Positions 24,037 to 34,166 of a DNA stretch of 64,000 bases are shown here, piece after piece. Position 1 is the first letter of the stretch. The number at the start of each line of letters is the position of its first letter. A program made the position numbers and the translations under genes. Origin of the DNA: an uncultured delta proteobacterium. GTDB taxonomy: Bacteria; Desulfobacterota; Syntrophobacteria; Syntrophobacterales; Syntrophobacteraceae. The stretch is taken from contig CAVUGX010000043.1 in the NCBI GenBank assembly GCA_963741035.1, positions 25,899-89,898 of the forward strand, written 5' to 3'. The notes under the pieces were generated by a model. It ran no database searches. It was given only the letters and a program-made list of their open reading frames with translations, and was not told the origin of the DNA.

Positions 24037-25905
24037 ATGGAAGATATCGGCGGTGCAGTGGAAGCATTTTGCAGGCATGATGGAAACAGCCGAAAATCGT
24101 TGTGGGCAAAGCGTTTCAAGTCTTTGCTCATCAAGCGCGTACTGCCGGTCAAACGGCTAAACGACCTCCGTTGGCGGGTTAATTCGCTGCCAAACGAGAC
24201 GGCAATTCCGGATCGCATCCTTGAAGTGCTTGGCGTCACCTATGAGATTTCTGCAAACGATCTAGCCAGGACGCCTTCTGAAGGGCCCCTGGTAGTGGTT
24301 GCCAATCATCCCTTTGGCGCAATTGAAGGCTTGATTCTCGCCTCGATCCTGCTGAAGACGAGAGGCGATACCAAGGTCATGGCCAATTATTTGCTGAGCG
24401 GCCTGGTGGGAGTTCGTGAACTCAACGAATTGATGATTTACGTAGATCCTTTCGAAAGGCGGGGGTCTACGGCGCATAACCTAAAGCCTTTGAGAGAGGC
24501 CATCGAGTGGGTTCGGGGCGGACGGGCTCTGGGAATCTTTCCGGCTGGAGAGGTTTCCCACATGCACTTGAGCAGCATGAGCGTCATTGACCGGAAATGG
24601 AACCAGTCGGTAGCCCGGATTGTCAGGAAGACCAGGGCGAACGTGCTTCCGGTCTACTTCGAAGGCCACAACAGTCCGCTCTTTTGCGGGCTCGGTCTTG
24701 TGCATCCTCTGCTTCGTACGTTGATGATACCGGGAGAGAACCTCAAAAAGCGGCCCCGGATGGTGCGGGCCCATGTCGGCAAACCGGTCCCTTTCAAGAG
24801 GTTGGCTGAACTCGATGATTCGGCAATAATGGATTACCTGCGCTTAAGGACTTACAATCTGCAGAATCGCACATGCGAAAAGCATCGGCGCCTGTTTTTC
24901 CAGCCGTCAATTAATGGCGCCTCAAGCTATCGCGCGGTTGCAAGAGCGAAAGAGACCGGCTCGATAGCCTCAGAAATCCGCCGTTTGCCTCCCGAACAGC
25001 TCCTTTTTTCCTCCAGGGACTTCGATGTAGTAAGCGCCTCTGCCGCACAAATCCCAAACGCGCTTCACGAAATCGGCCGCCTGCGGGAAATCACCTTTCG
25101 AAAAGCAGGCGAGGGGACCGGGAACGCCATCGATATCGACCGCTTTGATGACTTTTATCAGCACATAATTCTCTGGGACCGGGAGCACGATCAAATTGCC
25201 GGGGCATACCGGCTTGGCCGCGCTGATGCAATCCTGAATGAGCGCGGTTTTAAGGGCCTGTATACAAGCACTCTTTTTGAATACAGGGACGGGCTGACCC
25301 CCGTATTCGGTTCGGCCCTCGAGTTAGGCAGATCTTTTGTCCGTCCCGAGCATCAGAAGACATATCAGCCCCTTATGCTTCTGTGGTCGGGGATCGGACG
25401 CTTTGTCGCAAGCCATCCCCAATACCGGTTTCTATTCGGGGCGGTAAGCATAAACAATGAATATCTCGGTGTCTCCCGTAAGCTGATGGTGGAATTCCTT
25501 AGAGAGGGCCATACACATTCAGATCTGGCAAGATTCGTGCGGGCCAGGAATGCCCCGCCGTCGATGAGGAAAAAGAACCGGGGACTGGCCTATTCGATGG
25601 TTCATGACATCCAGGATTTTTCGGAATTGATATCGGACATCGAGCATGACGGAACCGGCATTCCCATACTGCTGAAGCATTATATGAAACTAGGCGGAAA
25701 GTTTCTGGGTTTCAGCGTTGACCCGAAGTTCAACAATGCGCTCGATGCCCTCGTATTGGTCGATTTGGTTAGAGCCGATCCTCGAATCCTGGGGCGCTAC
25801 ATGGGACAGCAGGGGGTGGTTTCTTTTCGACGCTTCAACGGAGCCGGACCAGGGTCAGGGTGCGGCAGCGCCGATTGCGACTTGCCGGACGACAAGTGCG
25901 CATGA
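24037..25905 (+). CDS. Fused lysophospholipid acyltransferase (PlsC-like) and GNAT N-acyltransferase (OlsB-like); OlsF-like aminolipid synthase candidate
   Basis: The ATG at 24037 lies 10 nt after CAGGAG (the track start at 24028 is TTG). The N-terminal half carries VVVANHPFGAIEGLIL. The C-terminal half carries EIGRLREITFRKAGEGTGNAIDIDRFDDFYQHIILWD, typical of OlsB/hemolysin-like GNATs. Confidence 0.7.
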   Translation: MEDIGGAVEAFCRHDGNSRKSLWAKRFKSLLIKRVLPVKRLNDLRWRVNSLPNETAIPDRILEVLGVTYEISANDLARTPSEGPLVVVANHPFGAIEGLILASILLKTRGDTKVMANYLLSGLVGVRELNELMIYVDPFERRGSTAHNLKPLREAIEWVRGGRALGIFPAGEVSHMHLSSMSVIDRKWNQSVARIVRKTRANVLPVYFEGHNSPLFCGLGLVHPLLRTLMIPGENLKKRPRMVRAHVGKPVPFKRLAELDDSAIMDYLRLRTYNLQNRTCEKHRRLFFQPSINGASSYRAVARAKETGSIASEIRRLPPEQLLFSSRDFDVVSASAAQIPNALHEIGRLREITFRKAGEGTGNAIDIDRFDDFYQHIILWDREHDQIAGAYRLGRADAILNERGFKGLYTSTLFEYRDGLTPVFGSALELGRSFVRPEHQKTYQPLMLLWSGIGRFVASHPQYRFLFGAVSINNEYLGVSRKLMVEFLREGHTHSDLARFVRARNAPPSMRKKNRGLAYSMVHDIQDFSELISDIEHDGTGIPILLKHYMKLGGKFLGFSVDPKFNNALDALVLVDLVRADPRILGRYMGQQGVVSFRRFNGAGPGSGCGSADCDLPDDKCA

Positions 25906-25953
25906 TTCGAGAGGGATTGATTCGGATTAGTTCATTGATAAGGGGAAAGAGAA

Positions 25954-26154
25954 ATGCGCTGGGATCTTCTTGCACTCTTTGGGGTCGTGCTTGGTTTCCT
26001 GCTTATCATCGGAGGATTGGACACGTTGGTGGCATGGCGTGCCTGGTTCCTGGGCATAAGCGGTCTGGTATTGTTCCTGCCGGGTATAATCCGAATCTGT
26101 CTGCGAATCAGGCGTTTGCTGACTAGCGATAGTTTAACGGAAGACAAGAATTAA
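25954..26154 (+). CDS. Small two-TM membrane protein
   Basis: The protein has 66 aa with two hydrophobic helices. GGGGAAAGAG lies upstream of the ATG. No family was recognised. Confidence 0.4.
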   Translation: MRWDLLALFGVVLGFLLIIGGLDTLVAWRAWFLGISGLVLFLPGIIRICLRIRRLLTSDSLTEDKN

Positions 26155-26223
26155 GGCCGCAACCGCCAGTGCAGTCCCTTCATGCAAACTGGCGGTTCCA
26201 CCGAGGCAAACCGCAAAAACCGT

Positions 26224-27681
26224 CTACACCTCAGGTTTTTGGAGATGAAACGGGGTGGCCTGTTCGAATTGGTGGGCTATCCGTAAAATCAGTTCCTCCC
26301 GGAAATGAGGCCCGAGAATCTGAAGCCCGATCGGCAGCTTTTCCGAAGTGAAACCGCATGGCACGGAAATCCCCGGTATTCCAGCCAGGCTTGCCGGGAG
26401 CGTAAATACGTCGCTCAGGTACATCTGGAGGGGATCATCGAATTTTTCCCCTATCCTGAATGCCGGTATTGGTGAGACGGGAGCCAATATCGCGTCGCAT
26501 TTTTCGAACGCGTCCAGGAAATCCTGCCTTATGAGCGTCCTGACCTGGGACGCTTTCCTGTAGTAAGCATCGTAATAGCCGGCCGACAGTACGTATGTGC
26601 CCAGCATGATGCGGCGCTTGACCTCTGGGCCGAACCCCTGTGAGCGGCTTTTGCTGTACATCTCGATGAGGTTCCCGGCGTCCTTGGCCCGATGCCCGTA
26701 TTTTACGCCGTCATAGCGCGCCAGATTCGAGGAGGCTTCCGCCGGGGCGATTATGTAGTAAGCCGCAATGCCGTATTCGGTGTGCGGCAGGGAAATATCG
26801 ACAGTTTGCGCGCCGAGGTCCCGGCAGGTAGAGATTGCGTCGCGCACAGCCTGTGCAACTTCCGGAGCGGTTCCCTCGATGAAATACTCACGGGGAATCC
26901 CGAGGCGCAGACCCCTTATCGGTTCTTTCAGGGCGGCCCTGTAATCGGGAACGGGCAGTTCGACGGAAGTGGATTCCCCGGGATCGTACCCGGCGATTGC
27001 CTGGAGCATTATGGCGGCATCCTCCACGTCCTTTGTTATCGGCCCGATCTGGTCCAAGGAAGAGGCAAAAGCCACCAGCCCGAAGCGCGAAACCCGGCCA
27101 TACGTGGGTTTTATGCCCACAACGCCGCAGAACGAGGCCGGCTGCCGGATAGAGCCTCCGGTGTCGGTCCCGAGCGCCCCGGCGCACAGCCCTGCGGCCA
27201 CCGCAGCGGCCGAACCTCCGCTCGATCCGCCTGGAACGCGGTCCAGGTCCCACGGATTGTGGGTCTTTACGAAGGCGGAATTCTCCGTGGATGATCCCAT
27301 GGCGAATTCGTCCATGTTTGTCTTTCCGATAAAAATAGCACCCGCATGCCTGAGCTTTTCCGTAACCGTAGCGTCATAGGGGGCAACGAATCCTTCAAGG
27401 ATACGCGAGCCGCAGGTGGTAGCAGATCCCTGGATACAGATCACGTCTTTTATGGCGATCGGCACACCTGCCAGTGGTGATGCCGAATAATTCTTCGCTC
27501 CGGAGTCGAAAAGCTTTGCTTCCTCCAGGGCTTGTTCTGCCATTGTGCTCAGATAGGCGTTTACCTTCGGGTCGATTGTACGAATTCGATCGAGAAATGC
27601 GGAGACCGTTTCTACAGCTCCGATTTTTCCGCCTTGCAGAAGGTCGTGTATCTCATGAATCGAAAGTGAGTGGATTTGCAT
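26224..27681 (-). CDS. gatA: Glutamyl/aspartyl-tRNA amidotransferase subunit A
   Basis: The amidase signature is [12 protein letters not shown]. The start was moved to [11 protein letters not shown] at 27681, 20 nt after the gatC stop. Confidence 0.9.
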   Translation of the reverse strand: MQIHSLSIHEIHDLLQGGKIGAVETVSAFLDRIRTIDPKVNAYLSTMAEQALEEAKLFDSGAKNYSASPLAGVPIAIKDVICIQGSATTCGSRILEGFVAPYDATVTEKLRHAGAIFIGKTNMDEFAMGSSTENSAFVKTHNPWDLDRVPGGSSGGSAAAVAAGLCAGALGTDTGGSIRQPASFCGVVGIKPTYGRVSRFGLVAFASSLDQIGPITKDVEDAAIMLQAIAGYDPGESTSVELPVPDYRAALKEPIRGLRLGIPREYFIEGTAPEVAQAVRDAISTCRDLGAQTVDISLPHTEYGIAAYYIIAPAEASSNLARYDGVKYGHRAKDAGNLIEMYSKSRSQGFGPEVKRRIMLGTYVLSAGYYDAYYRKASQVRTLIRQDFLDAFEKCDAILAPVSPIPAFRIGEKFDDPLQMYLSDVFTLPASLAGIPGISVPCGFTSEKLPIGLQILGPHFREELILRIAHQFEQATPFHLQKPEV

Positions 27682-27700
27682 TTGAACCGGCCTTTTCTGG

Positions 27701-27991
27701 CTAAAGTATCTTGGGTACCACAAAGTTGACGCCGTCAGTCCCCGGAGCGTTGGCCAGGGCCTCTTTGCGGTCCAGGGGACACTTGACTACATCCGGGCGA
27801 AAGACATTCTGCAACTGGATGGCGTGGGTCGTGGGCTCAACGTTTTTTGTGTCGAGTTCATTTAGCTTATCCATGTATCCGAGAATACCGTTCATCTGGC
27901 CGGTCATCCGTTCTTCTTCCGACTCGGAGAGTTCCAGCCTTGCCAGCAGAGCGACGTGTCGAACCTCTTGTCTGGTTATCCTTGTTTCCAT
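27701..27991 (-). CDS. gatC: Glutamyl/aspartyl-tRNA amidotransferase subunit C
   Basis: The 96 aa protein begins [29 protein letters not shown] and continues ...PTTHAI. Confidence 0.85.
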   Translation of the reverse strand: METRITRQEVRHVALLARLELSESEEERMTGQMNGILGYMDKLNELDTKNVEPTTHAIQLQNVFRPDVVKCPLDRKEALANAPGTDGVNFVVPKIL

Positions 27992-28040
27992 TTCGTTTCC
28001 TTTATCTCGGGCCGAAGGGCCGGCCTCAGTTTTTTCCATT

Positions 28041-28574
28041 TCAACCTGCAAGAAAATTTTCCATTGTCCGGCAGTCTTTGAAGGCGGCCAGAACTTCCGG
28101 CAAACCCTGAATGCGGGTCTTTTGCAGCAGATCGTACGTAAGAGAGTGCACCCGCGTTTCCTCGGCGTCCTGCTCGGCGACTGTGGAATCGAATCGCTGG
28201 AGAAATTTGGCAAACCGGACAACGTGAATGAGTTCATGAATGACTATGTAAGCGGTCAGCGGAAAAAGTCCGATTTGCCTGTCTCGCTCGACCGCCCTGC
28301 GGATCACATGGTCCTGGACGCAGATTTTGAAAAAATCGCCCGGTTCGCTCCCCCGCGTCCTGTCGCCGGGACGCATCAAATATCGCCGGATTTGGGCAAA
28401 AGCAATATCCGTGACTTCCTCTTCGTCGAGGTCTTTCAGGCTCTGAATATCATAGCGGTACCTTTTCCATTCGGAGGTGGATATCTTGTAAGAATCGCTT
28501 ATAAGCTCTTCCGAAACGGAGATGGCCTGCGCCAGGATACCGATTTCTTGTGCCTCGAAAGGAAGGCGTATCAT
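28041..28574 (-). CDS. Hypothetical protein with an HExxH motif
   Basis: The motif IVIHELIHVVRF contains HELIH. The gene lies upstream of gatCA on the same strand. No family was recognised. Confidence 0.5.
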   Translation of the reverse strand: MIRLPFEAQEIGILAQAISVSEELISDSYKISTSEWKRYRYDIQSLKDLDEEEVTDIAFAQIRRYLMRPGDRTRGSEPGDFFKICVQDHVIRRAVERDRQIGLFPLTAYIVIHELIHVVRFAKFLQRFDSTVAEQDAEETRVHSLTYDLLQKTRIQGLPEVLAAFKDCRTMENFLAG

Positions 28575-28772
28575 CTACGCTGCTCCGGTAATATTTTTTA
28601 CTCAACCGCCGAAACTCCGGCGCGTTTCCTTTATGTACAAAACTTCCTTGCTCAGTTCAACTGATTCCGAAGTATTTTCGCCGAGGATGCGAAGTCGACC
28701 CACTCTAAAAACTGAGGGCGGGGATGAAACCCCGCCCTTCAAGAGAAGCCGCTTTATTCGGACCGAGATAGG

Positions 28773-30056
28773 TCAATGATGCTCATGGACATAGAATGGC
28801 CATTTGTGGAAAAACCACTCGTTCCAAAGAAGAGGAATAATATACCAGAAATTCCAGATAAGAGACTCGCCGGTGAGGTATCTTTCGGCAAGCTCTCCTT
28901 GCATATGATGGATTCCCAGTCCCCAGTACCCAAAATTTATTACATAGTAGAAAACATAACCTATAACCATCAAGACTAAAACACCGAACGTCCTGAACCA
29001 GAATGCGCCCCATGAATCCTTATCGGCCATTGGCGCCATATCATCGAAGTAATGGTGCCAGGCCAGGAATGGAATCAGTGTAAACCCTGCTATTTCCGCA
29101 GCGTGATACCAGAAAAAGCGAGCAGGATTACCGGCGTCAGCGGCGGGGAGGTGATGGGTGAGTTCCTCCATGTTTACCCAGGTGGGTATCAGCTTAACGC
29201 AGAGCGAGGCAAGCAGGTAGGCGAGTACAAAATTGCAGATGAAAGAAATTATTCCCTTCCATGGCTGGGGAAGCTTTATCAGGGACCACGGCTTCATTCG
29301 CCACACGTTAGGGGTCATGAACAAGACTATGATCATCCATTCCCACCAGCCGAATACCCAGTGTACGTGACCTGTGCCCGCAAGACCGCTCCACCATGGG
29401 CGACCCAGAGCGTTTGCTATGCCGAAGCTTGATTCCCACACCGCTCCCCAGAAAGGTACAATGAGGACAGTGTAGAAGAAAAGAGTCAACAGCGAAGCCC
29501 AGCCGAGTTCAGCAAAGCCTGCCTGGGGCTGAGTGAGATCGCTCGGGCGCACGGGCCATTTCCCAAAAAGAATGGTAACGAAAGGGTATGAGTAAAACCC
29601 TATGAGAACAAATGTAACAACGGCCCGTTCGGCAAATCTGCGACTCGGCTCTATAAACGCTGCGAGATCGAGCGAAGCTTTGCCCTTAATCGGTCCGGCG
29701 GCTAAAACCACTTCCATGCCGGACTGGCTCAGAAAATTGAAACCCAGCCCCAATACCCTGTAGAAAACAACATGAATGACGAACCAGACTATAATGAGAT
29801 TCATTATTGTCTGGACAACGCCTCTTAGCGGCGGGGAAAGGTCCTGAAAAGGCCAGTCGCCAAAGAACATGTGTTGCCAGAGGCCTACAAGGATCATCAT
29901 TGCGAGGTACATAACGAAAGGGTATGGGAAAGATCCCACAGGACCTCTGGGATCACTGAAAATGTACCATGTAAACCATGCGACCAGAAGAAATACGATG
30001 TTCGAGATGATGCCGGTGGCCGGCTGACCCCAGCGGGGTTTCAGAACGTCTGCCAT
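28773..30056 (-). CDS. Trp-rich polytopic integral membrane protein of unknown function
   Basis: The protein has 427 aa with about 10-12 hydrophobic segments and many W/F/Y residues. It has a clean long ORF and is divergent from the mutase operon. Confidence 0.55.
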   Translation of the reverse strand: MADVLKPRWGQPATGIISNIVFLLVAWFTWYIFSDPRGPVGSFPYPFVMYLAMMILVGLWQHMFFGDWPFQDLSPPLRGVVQTIMNLIIVWFVIHVVFYRVLGLGFNFLSQSGMEVVLAAGPIKGKASLDLAAFIEPSRRFAERAVVTFVLIGFYSYPFVTILFGKWPVRPSDLTQPQAGFAELGWASLLTLFFYTVLIVPFWGAVWESSFGIANALGRPWWSGLAGTGHVHWVFGWWEWMIIVLFMTPNVWRMKPWSLIKLPQPWKGIISFICNFVLAYLLASLCVKLIPTWVNMEELTHHLPAADAGNPARFFWYHAAEIAGFTLIPFLAWHHYFDDMAPMADKDSWGAFWFRTFGVLVLMVIGYVFYYVINFGYWGLGIHHMQGELAERYLTGESLIWNFWYIIPLLWNEWFFHKWPFYVHEHH

Positions 30057-30800
30057 ATTACCCTCCTCCTTGGATAAATGCTATGCACTGCCTTTTAGAA
30101 GTGCCCCTAACCTCGGCATTCTGAAACCATCTCACCTCCCTTCCGGCTTGCAGGTTATCGGTCCATGGCGGACCGCATTCCCGGCAAACGGTTCACAACA
30201 TCTTTGGAAAAGATTGGTGCGGGTACGGAAAGGAAAGATCAAGACCGGGGCGGGGGCATGCGCTATAAGTTCTCTAGGGTGTTGAGGATTCCCGCCTGGC
30301 GATCAGATACAATATCCCTGGGTGAGCTTTTCCCGGAGCCGATCAGATAGGAGACTAACACAGAGCTATTATGAGCAGGACAGATTACCGAAATGCGGAA
30401 CTCAGGGATTCACACAGTTTTTACTACTCCAAATAGGGTTAAACGGTCAAGAAGAAATCGTTTGACAATATTTCGGCAATTTGGTTAAGTTCCGTTGATG
30501 GGTGTCCCAGCGTGACCTGTTCGCATCGATTTCCTTGCTCGATTCATGCCTTCCATTGCTCTCTTGCCTTATTTGTCCGGTCCGCCCTCCAGTTCGGCAG
30601 TCGTCTCCTGGCCGGTGCCAGGCATTTGTTGCTTCCGCACTTCTTTTTTGGATCATCGCCTTATATTTATATGAGTATCTGTATTATTTCCTGTTCTTTT
30701 GCTATTGAACTTTGTTTTCGTAACGCACAAGGTGGAGCGGCTTTCCAGTTGAATCTGTTTTGAACGGGACCCTCTTTCATCGCTTTCAGGAGGTAAAAAA

Positions 30801-32501
30801 ATGGGAAAAAAAATTCTTTCCGAATCAGCACTTGAGAGCATGGAAAAAGAATACTCCGAGTGGCTGGAGGAATACACGAAGGCCCTCCGGAAAATGCCGG
30901 AACGGTTCAGCCGATTTTCCACAGTTTCCGACCTGGAGGTTAAGCCGCTTTACACTCCTCTCGACATTGGAAACAGGGACTTCTTCGACGATATCGGTTT
31001 TCCAGGTAAATACCCTTTCACCAGGGGCGTGCAGAGTACCATGTATCGGGCCCGGCTCTGGACCATGCGCATGTTCGCGGGACTCGGCACCTCCGAAGAC
31101 ACGAACAAGCGGTTTCACTACCTGATTAATCACGGCGAAACCGGCCTTAGCACCGCTTTCGACTTCCCCACTCTTATGGGATACGATACCGATTCGCCTC
31201 TTGCGCGGGGCGAGTGCGGCAAATGCGGCGTGGCAATCGACACCCTTGAGGACATGCAGCGGTTGTTTGAAAACATCAATCTGGAAGAAGTCACCGCTTC
31301 GATGACGATCAACCCGCCGGCTTCGATAATATGGGCCATGTATATCGCCAACGCCGAGAACGAGGGCTACTCGCGCAAGAAGCTGGGCGGCACCATTCAG
31401 AACGACTGCCTGAAGGAATTCATAGCGCAGAAGACGCTCATGCTTCCTCCCGAGCCGAGCCTTAGACTGGTAACGGACACCGTTGAGTTCGGAACCAGAG
31501 AGGTTCCCCGCTGGAACACCATCAGTATAAGCGGATACCACATCAGGGAAGCCGGATCGACTGCCGTTCAGGAACTTGCCTTCACGATTTACGACGGCAT
31601 CACCTATGTTGAGGAAGCAGTCAGGAGGGGACTCAAAGTCGACGAATTCGCGTGCAGGCTCTCCTTCTTCTGGAATTCCCATATCGACTTCTTCGAAGAA
31701 ATAGCCAAGATGCGTGCGAGCCGGCGTATATGGGCTCGTATAATGAAAGAGCGCTTTGGGGCACTGGATCCCAGGTCGATGCTGATGCGTTTCCACACCC
31801 AGACGGCCGGATGTTCGCTCACCTCCCAGGAACCGTATAACAACGTCATCCGAACCACCACTGAAGCCCTCGCGGCGATTCTCGGCGGCACCCAGTCTTT
31901 ACATACCAATTCGCTCGATGAGGTCTACATGATTCCAAGCGAGGAGGCGGTGCTTATCGCTTTGCGCACGCAGCAGATACTGGGTGACGAATGCGGAGTC
32001 ACCAACGTGATAGATCCGCTGGCAGGCTCCTACTTCGTCGAGGCCCTTACCGATAAGATGGAAGAAGAAGCCAACGCTTATATCCGCAAGCTCGATGAAA
32101 TGGGCGGGATGGTTTTGGCCATAGAACGCGACTACCCGCAGATGGAAATCGCCGATGCGGCTTTCCATTTCCAGCAGCAGGTCGAGTCCGGAGAAAAGAT
32201 CATAATCGGGGTGAATAAATATCCCTCCGACCGGCCGGAGCTGGAATTCGTGCTGAAGATAGACGACGAAATCGAACGGATGCAGGTCGAGCGCACAAAC
32301 CTGTTCAAGGAAAAGCGCGATAAAGTCAGGCTCCGCAAAGCAATGGACGAGTTGAGGCGCAGATGCGAAGGTCCGCCGTGCTGGGAGAACAACGTCATGC
32401 CTGCACTCATCGAGGCGGTCCGGGCGGGGGCCACAGAACAGGAATGCTGCGATCTTTACAGGGAAGTTTTTGGAATTTATACCGATCCCGGGACTTTCTA
32501 G
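30801..32501 (+). CDS. Methylmalonyl-CoA mutase family, large (catalytic) subunit
   Basis: The sequence is [65 protein letters not shown]. The Tyr in TMY favours methylmalonyl-CoA-type specificity, but this was not verified. Confidence 0.85.
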   Translation: MGKKILSESALESMEKEYSEWLEEYTKALRKMPERFSRFSTVSDLEVKPLYTPLDIGNRDFFDDIGFPGKYPFTRGVQSTMYRARLWTMRMFAGLGTSEDTNKRFHYLINHGETGLSTAFDFPTLMGYDTDSPLARGECGKCGVAIDTLEDMQRLFENINLEEVTASMTINPPASIIWAMYIANAENEGYSRKKLGGTIQNDCLKEFIAQKTLMLPPEPSLRLVTDTVEFGTREVPRWNTISISGYHIREAGSTAVQELAFTIYDGITYVEEAVRRGLKVDEFACRLSFFWNSHIDFFEEIAKMRASRRIWARIMKERFGALDPRSMLMRFHTQTAGCSLTSQEPYNNVIRTTTEALAAILGGTQSLHTNSLDEVYMIPSEEAVLIALRTQQILGDECGVTNVIDPLAGSYFVEALTDKMEEEANAYIRKLDEMGGMVLAIERDYPQMEIADAAFHFQQQVESGEKIIIGVNKYPSDRPELEFVLKIDDEIERMQVERTNLFKEKRDKVRLRKAMDELRRRCEGPPCWENNVMPALIEAVRAGATEQECCDLYREVFGIYTDPGTF

Positions 32502-32554
32502 CTGAGGCTGATGCAATCGAATTGTCTTCACTTTTGTTAAGGAGGAAGGTTTCC

Positions 32555-32980
32555 ATGGAAAAAGAAAGGAAACTTCGTATATTGGTTGCCAAGCCAGGTC
32601 TGGACGGCCACGACCGCGGCGCTCGCGTAGTAGCCCGTGCCCTTCGTGATGCCGGGTTCGAGGTCATCTATACCGGTTGTCATCAGACGCCGGAGCAGAT
32701 CGTAAGCGCGGCCATCCAGGAGGACGTGGACCTGATCGGGCTAAGCATTCTGTCGGGGGCGCACACGTATTCTTTTCCCCGCATAATCGAGGTCTTAAGG
32801 GAAAACAATGCAGATGATATATCTGTGATAGGAGGAGGCATATTCCCTCTCGAGGATATCGCCAAGCTCAAAGGGATCGGTATAAAGGAAATCTTCGAAC
32901 CAGGGGCAAAACTTAAGGATATCACGGACTGGGTGAGAGCAAACATCAAGGCGCGCAGAGGGGTTGTTCTGAAAAGATAG
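32555..32980 (+). CDS. Acyl-CoA mutase B12-binding small subunit
   Basis: The ATG at 32555 follows AAGGAGGA. The cobalamin-binding DxHxxG motif appears as [11 protein letters not shown]. Confidence 0.85.
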   Translation: MEKERKLRILVAKPGLDGHDRGARVVARALRDAGFEVIYTGCHQTPEQIVSAAIQEDVDLIGLSILSGAHTYSFPRIIEVLRENNADDISVIGGGIFPLEDIAKLKGIGIKEIFEPGAKLKDITDWVRANIKARRGVVLKR

Positions 32981-33068
32981 GCACACCGGAGCGGCGGGCG
33001 GCCTCCCCGATCATTAAGTTTCAGTTGCTGGATGAATTCATTCCGCTGCTTACTGCAGGGTTTAGCGC

Positions 33069-34025
33069 ATGGACATAATAGAACAGATCGTTTCCGGCGA
33101 TGTAAGAGCCACAGCTCGTCTTCTTCGCGACATCGACGATGAGATTGCTTCGGCCAGGGATATACTCAGGGAACTCTATCCCTATACGGGGAAGGCCTTC
33201 GTTATCGGTTTGACCGGTTCTCCCGGGGTCGGCAAGAGCGCTCTCGTCGACCAGCTCGCTATCTACTATCGCAAGGCCGGGAAAACAGTCGGGATTCTAG
33301 CGGTCGATCCGACAAGCCCGTTTACCGGGGGGGCCATACTCGGCGACCGCATACGCATGCAGCGGCATTTTCTCGACCCGGGGGTTTTCATCCGGAGCCT
33401 CGCCACCCGGGGTCATTTTGGCGGCCTCACCAAGTCCACCAATGATATGGTTAACGTCCTGGATGCGGCGGGTAAGGACATAATCATTGTCGAAACTGTG
33501 GGCGTTGGTCAGGACGAGGTGGAAATTGCAAACAGCGCCCACACGACCATACTCGTTACAGTGCCGGGAATGGGGGATGACATTCAGGCGATCAAGGCCG
33601 GTATCATGGAAATCGGCAATATCTTCGTTGTGAACAAAGCCGAGCGCGAAGGTTCCCGCAAGACCGTGCGGGAACTGCTGAACCTGATCGGGCTGGGCGC
33701 CAGAAGGCGTAACGGGGGAGACTGGGAACCTCCGGTCGTGGAAACCGAGGCTATCAAATCCAAGGGGATTGAACAGCTCTACGAAGCAATAGAAAAGCAC
33801 AGGGCGCACCTGCTGGCCACTCACGCCGAAAAGTGGCGGGAGGTTCTGGAGAAGCGCGCCAAGATCCAACTCATGGGCGTCCTCAAGGACCAGGCGTTCA
33901 GGACTATCCTGGACCGGATCGAAAATCGCGGGGACTCCGTCGATGAAATGGTCCGCAAGATAGTCGATAAGGAATCTGATCCCTATACAATCGTGCAGGA
34001 GATCATCGGGAAAGAGATGGGGTAG
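33069..34025 (+). CDS. meaB: Methylmalonyl-CoA mutase-associated G-protein chaperone MeaB/ArgK
   Basis: The P-loop is GSPGVGKSAL. The NKAE motif appears as VNKAE. It is the third gene of the mutase operon. Confidence 0.85.
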   Translation: MDIIEQIVSGDVRATARLLRDIDDEIASARDILRELYPYTGKAFVIGLTGSPGVGKSALVDQLAIYYRKAGKTVGILAVDPTSPFTGGAILGDRIRMQRHFLDPGVFIRSLATRGHFGGLTKSTNDMVNVLDAAGKDIIIVETVGVGQDEVEIANSAHTTILVTVPGMGDDIQAIKAGIMEIGNIFVVNKAEREGSRKTVRELLNLIGLGARRRNGGDWEPPVVETEAIKSKGIEQLYEAIEKHRAHLLATHAEKWREVLEKRAKIQLMGVLKDQAFRTILDRIENRGDSVDEMVRKIVDKESDPYTIVQEIIGKEMG

Positions 34026-34094
34026 AGTTCTGCATAAATGCGAGTCGTCGATATTGCCCTGGAATATCTGCAGTCTCAACTATGTAGTTGACAT

Positions 34095-34131
34095 AAAAAA
34101 CCGGCGGTCCCCAAAGACCGCCGGTTTCGTC
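34095..34131. terminator. Bidirectional rho-independent terminator between meaB and hppA
   Basis: The sequence is aaaaaa-ccggcggtc-cccaaa-gaccgccgg-ttt. A 9-bp GC stem is flanked by an A-run and a T-run. Confidence 0.7.
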
Positions 34132-34166
34132 TTTATTTAGCGCGATAAAAAAAGAGCTGCGCTTTC

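Noticed and set aside
27711-28664. 317 aa plus-strand ORF
   Set aside because: It spans the antisense of gatC and the HExxH protein gene and crosses their intergenic gap. Its composition is low-information.
30057-30800. Cobalamin riboswitch upstream of the B12-dependent mutase operon or the divergent membrane protein
   Set aside because: I could not find a B12-box-like core or the conserved GCCACTG-type element on either strand by eye. This needs an Infernal/Rfam scan before it can be excluded completely.
30825-31796. 323 aa minus-strand ORF
   Set aside because: It is antisense to the acyl-CoA mutase large subunit and is a shadow ORF.
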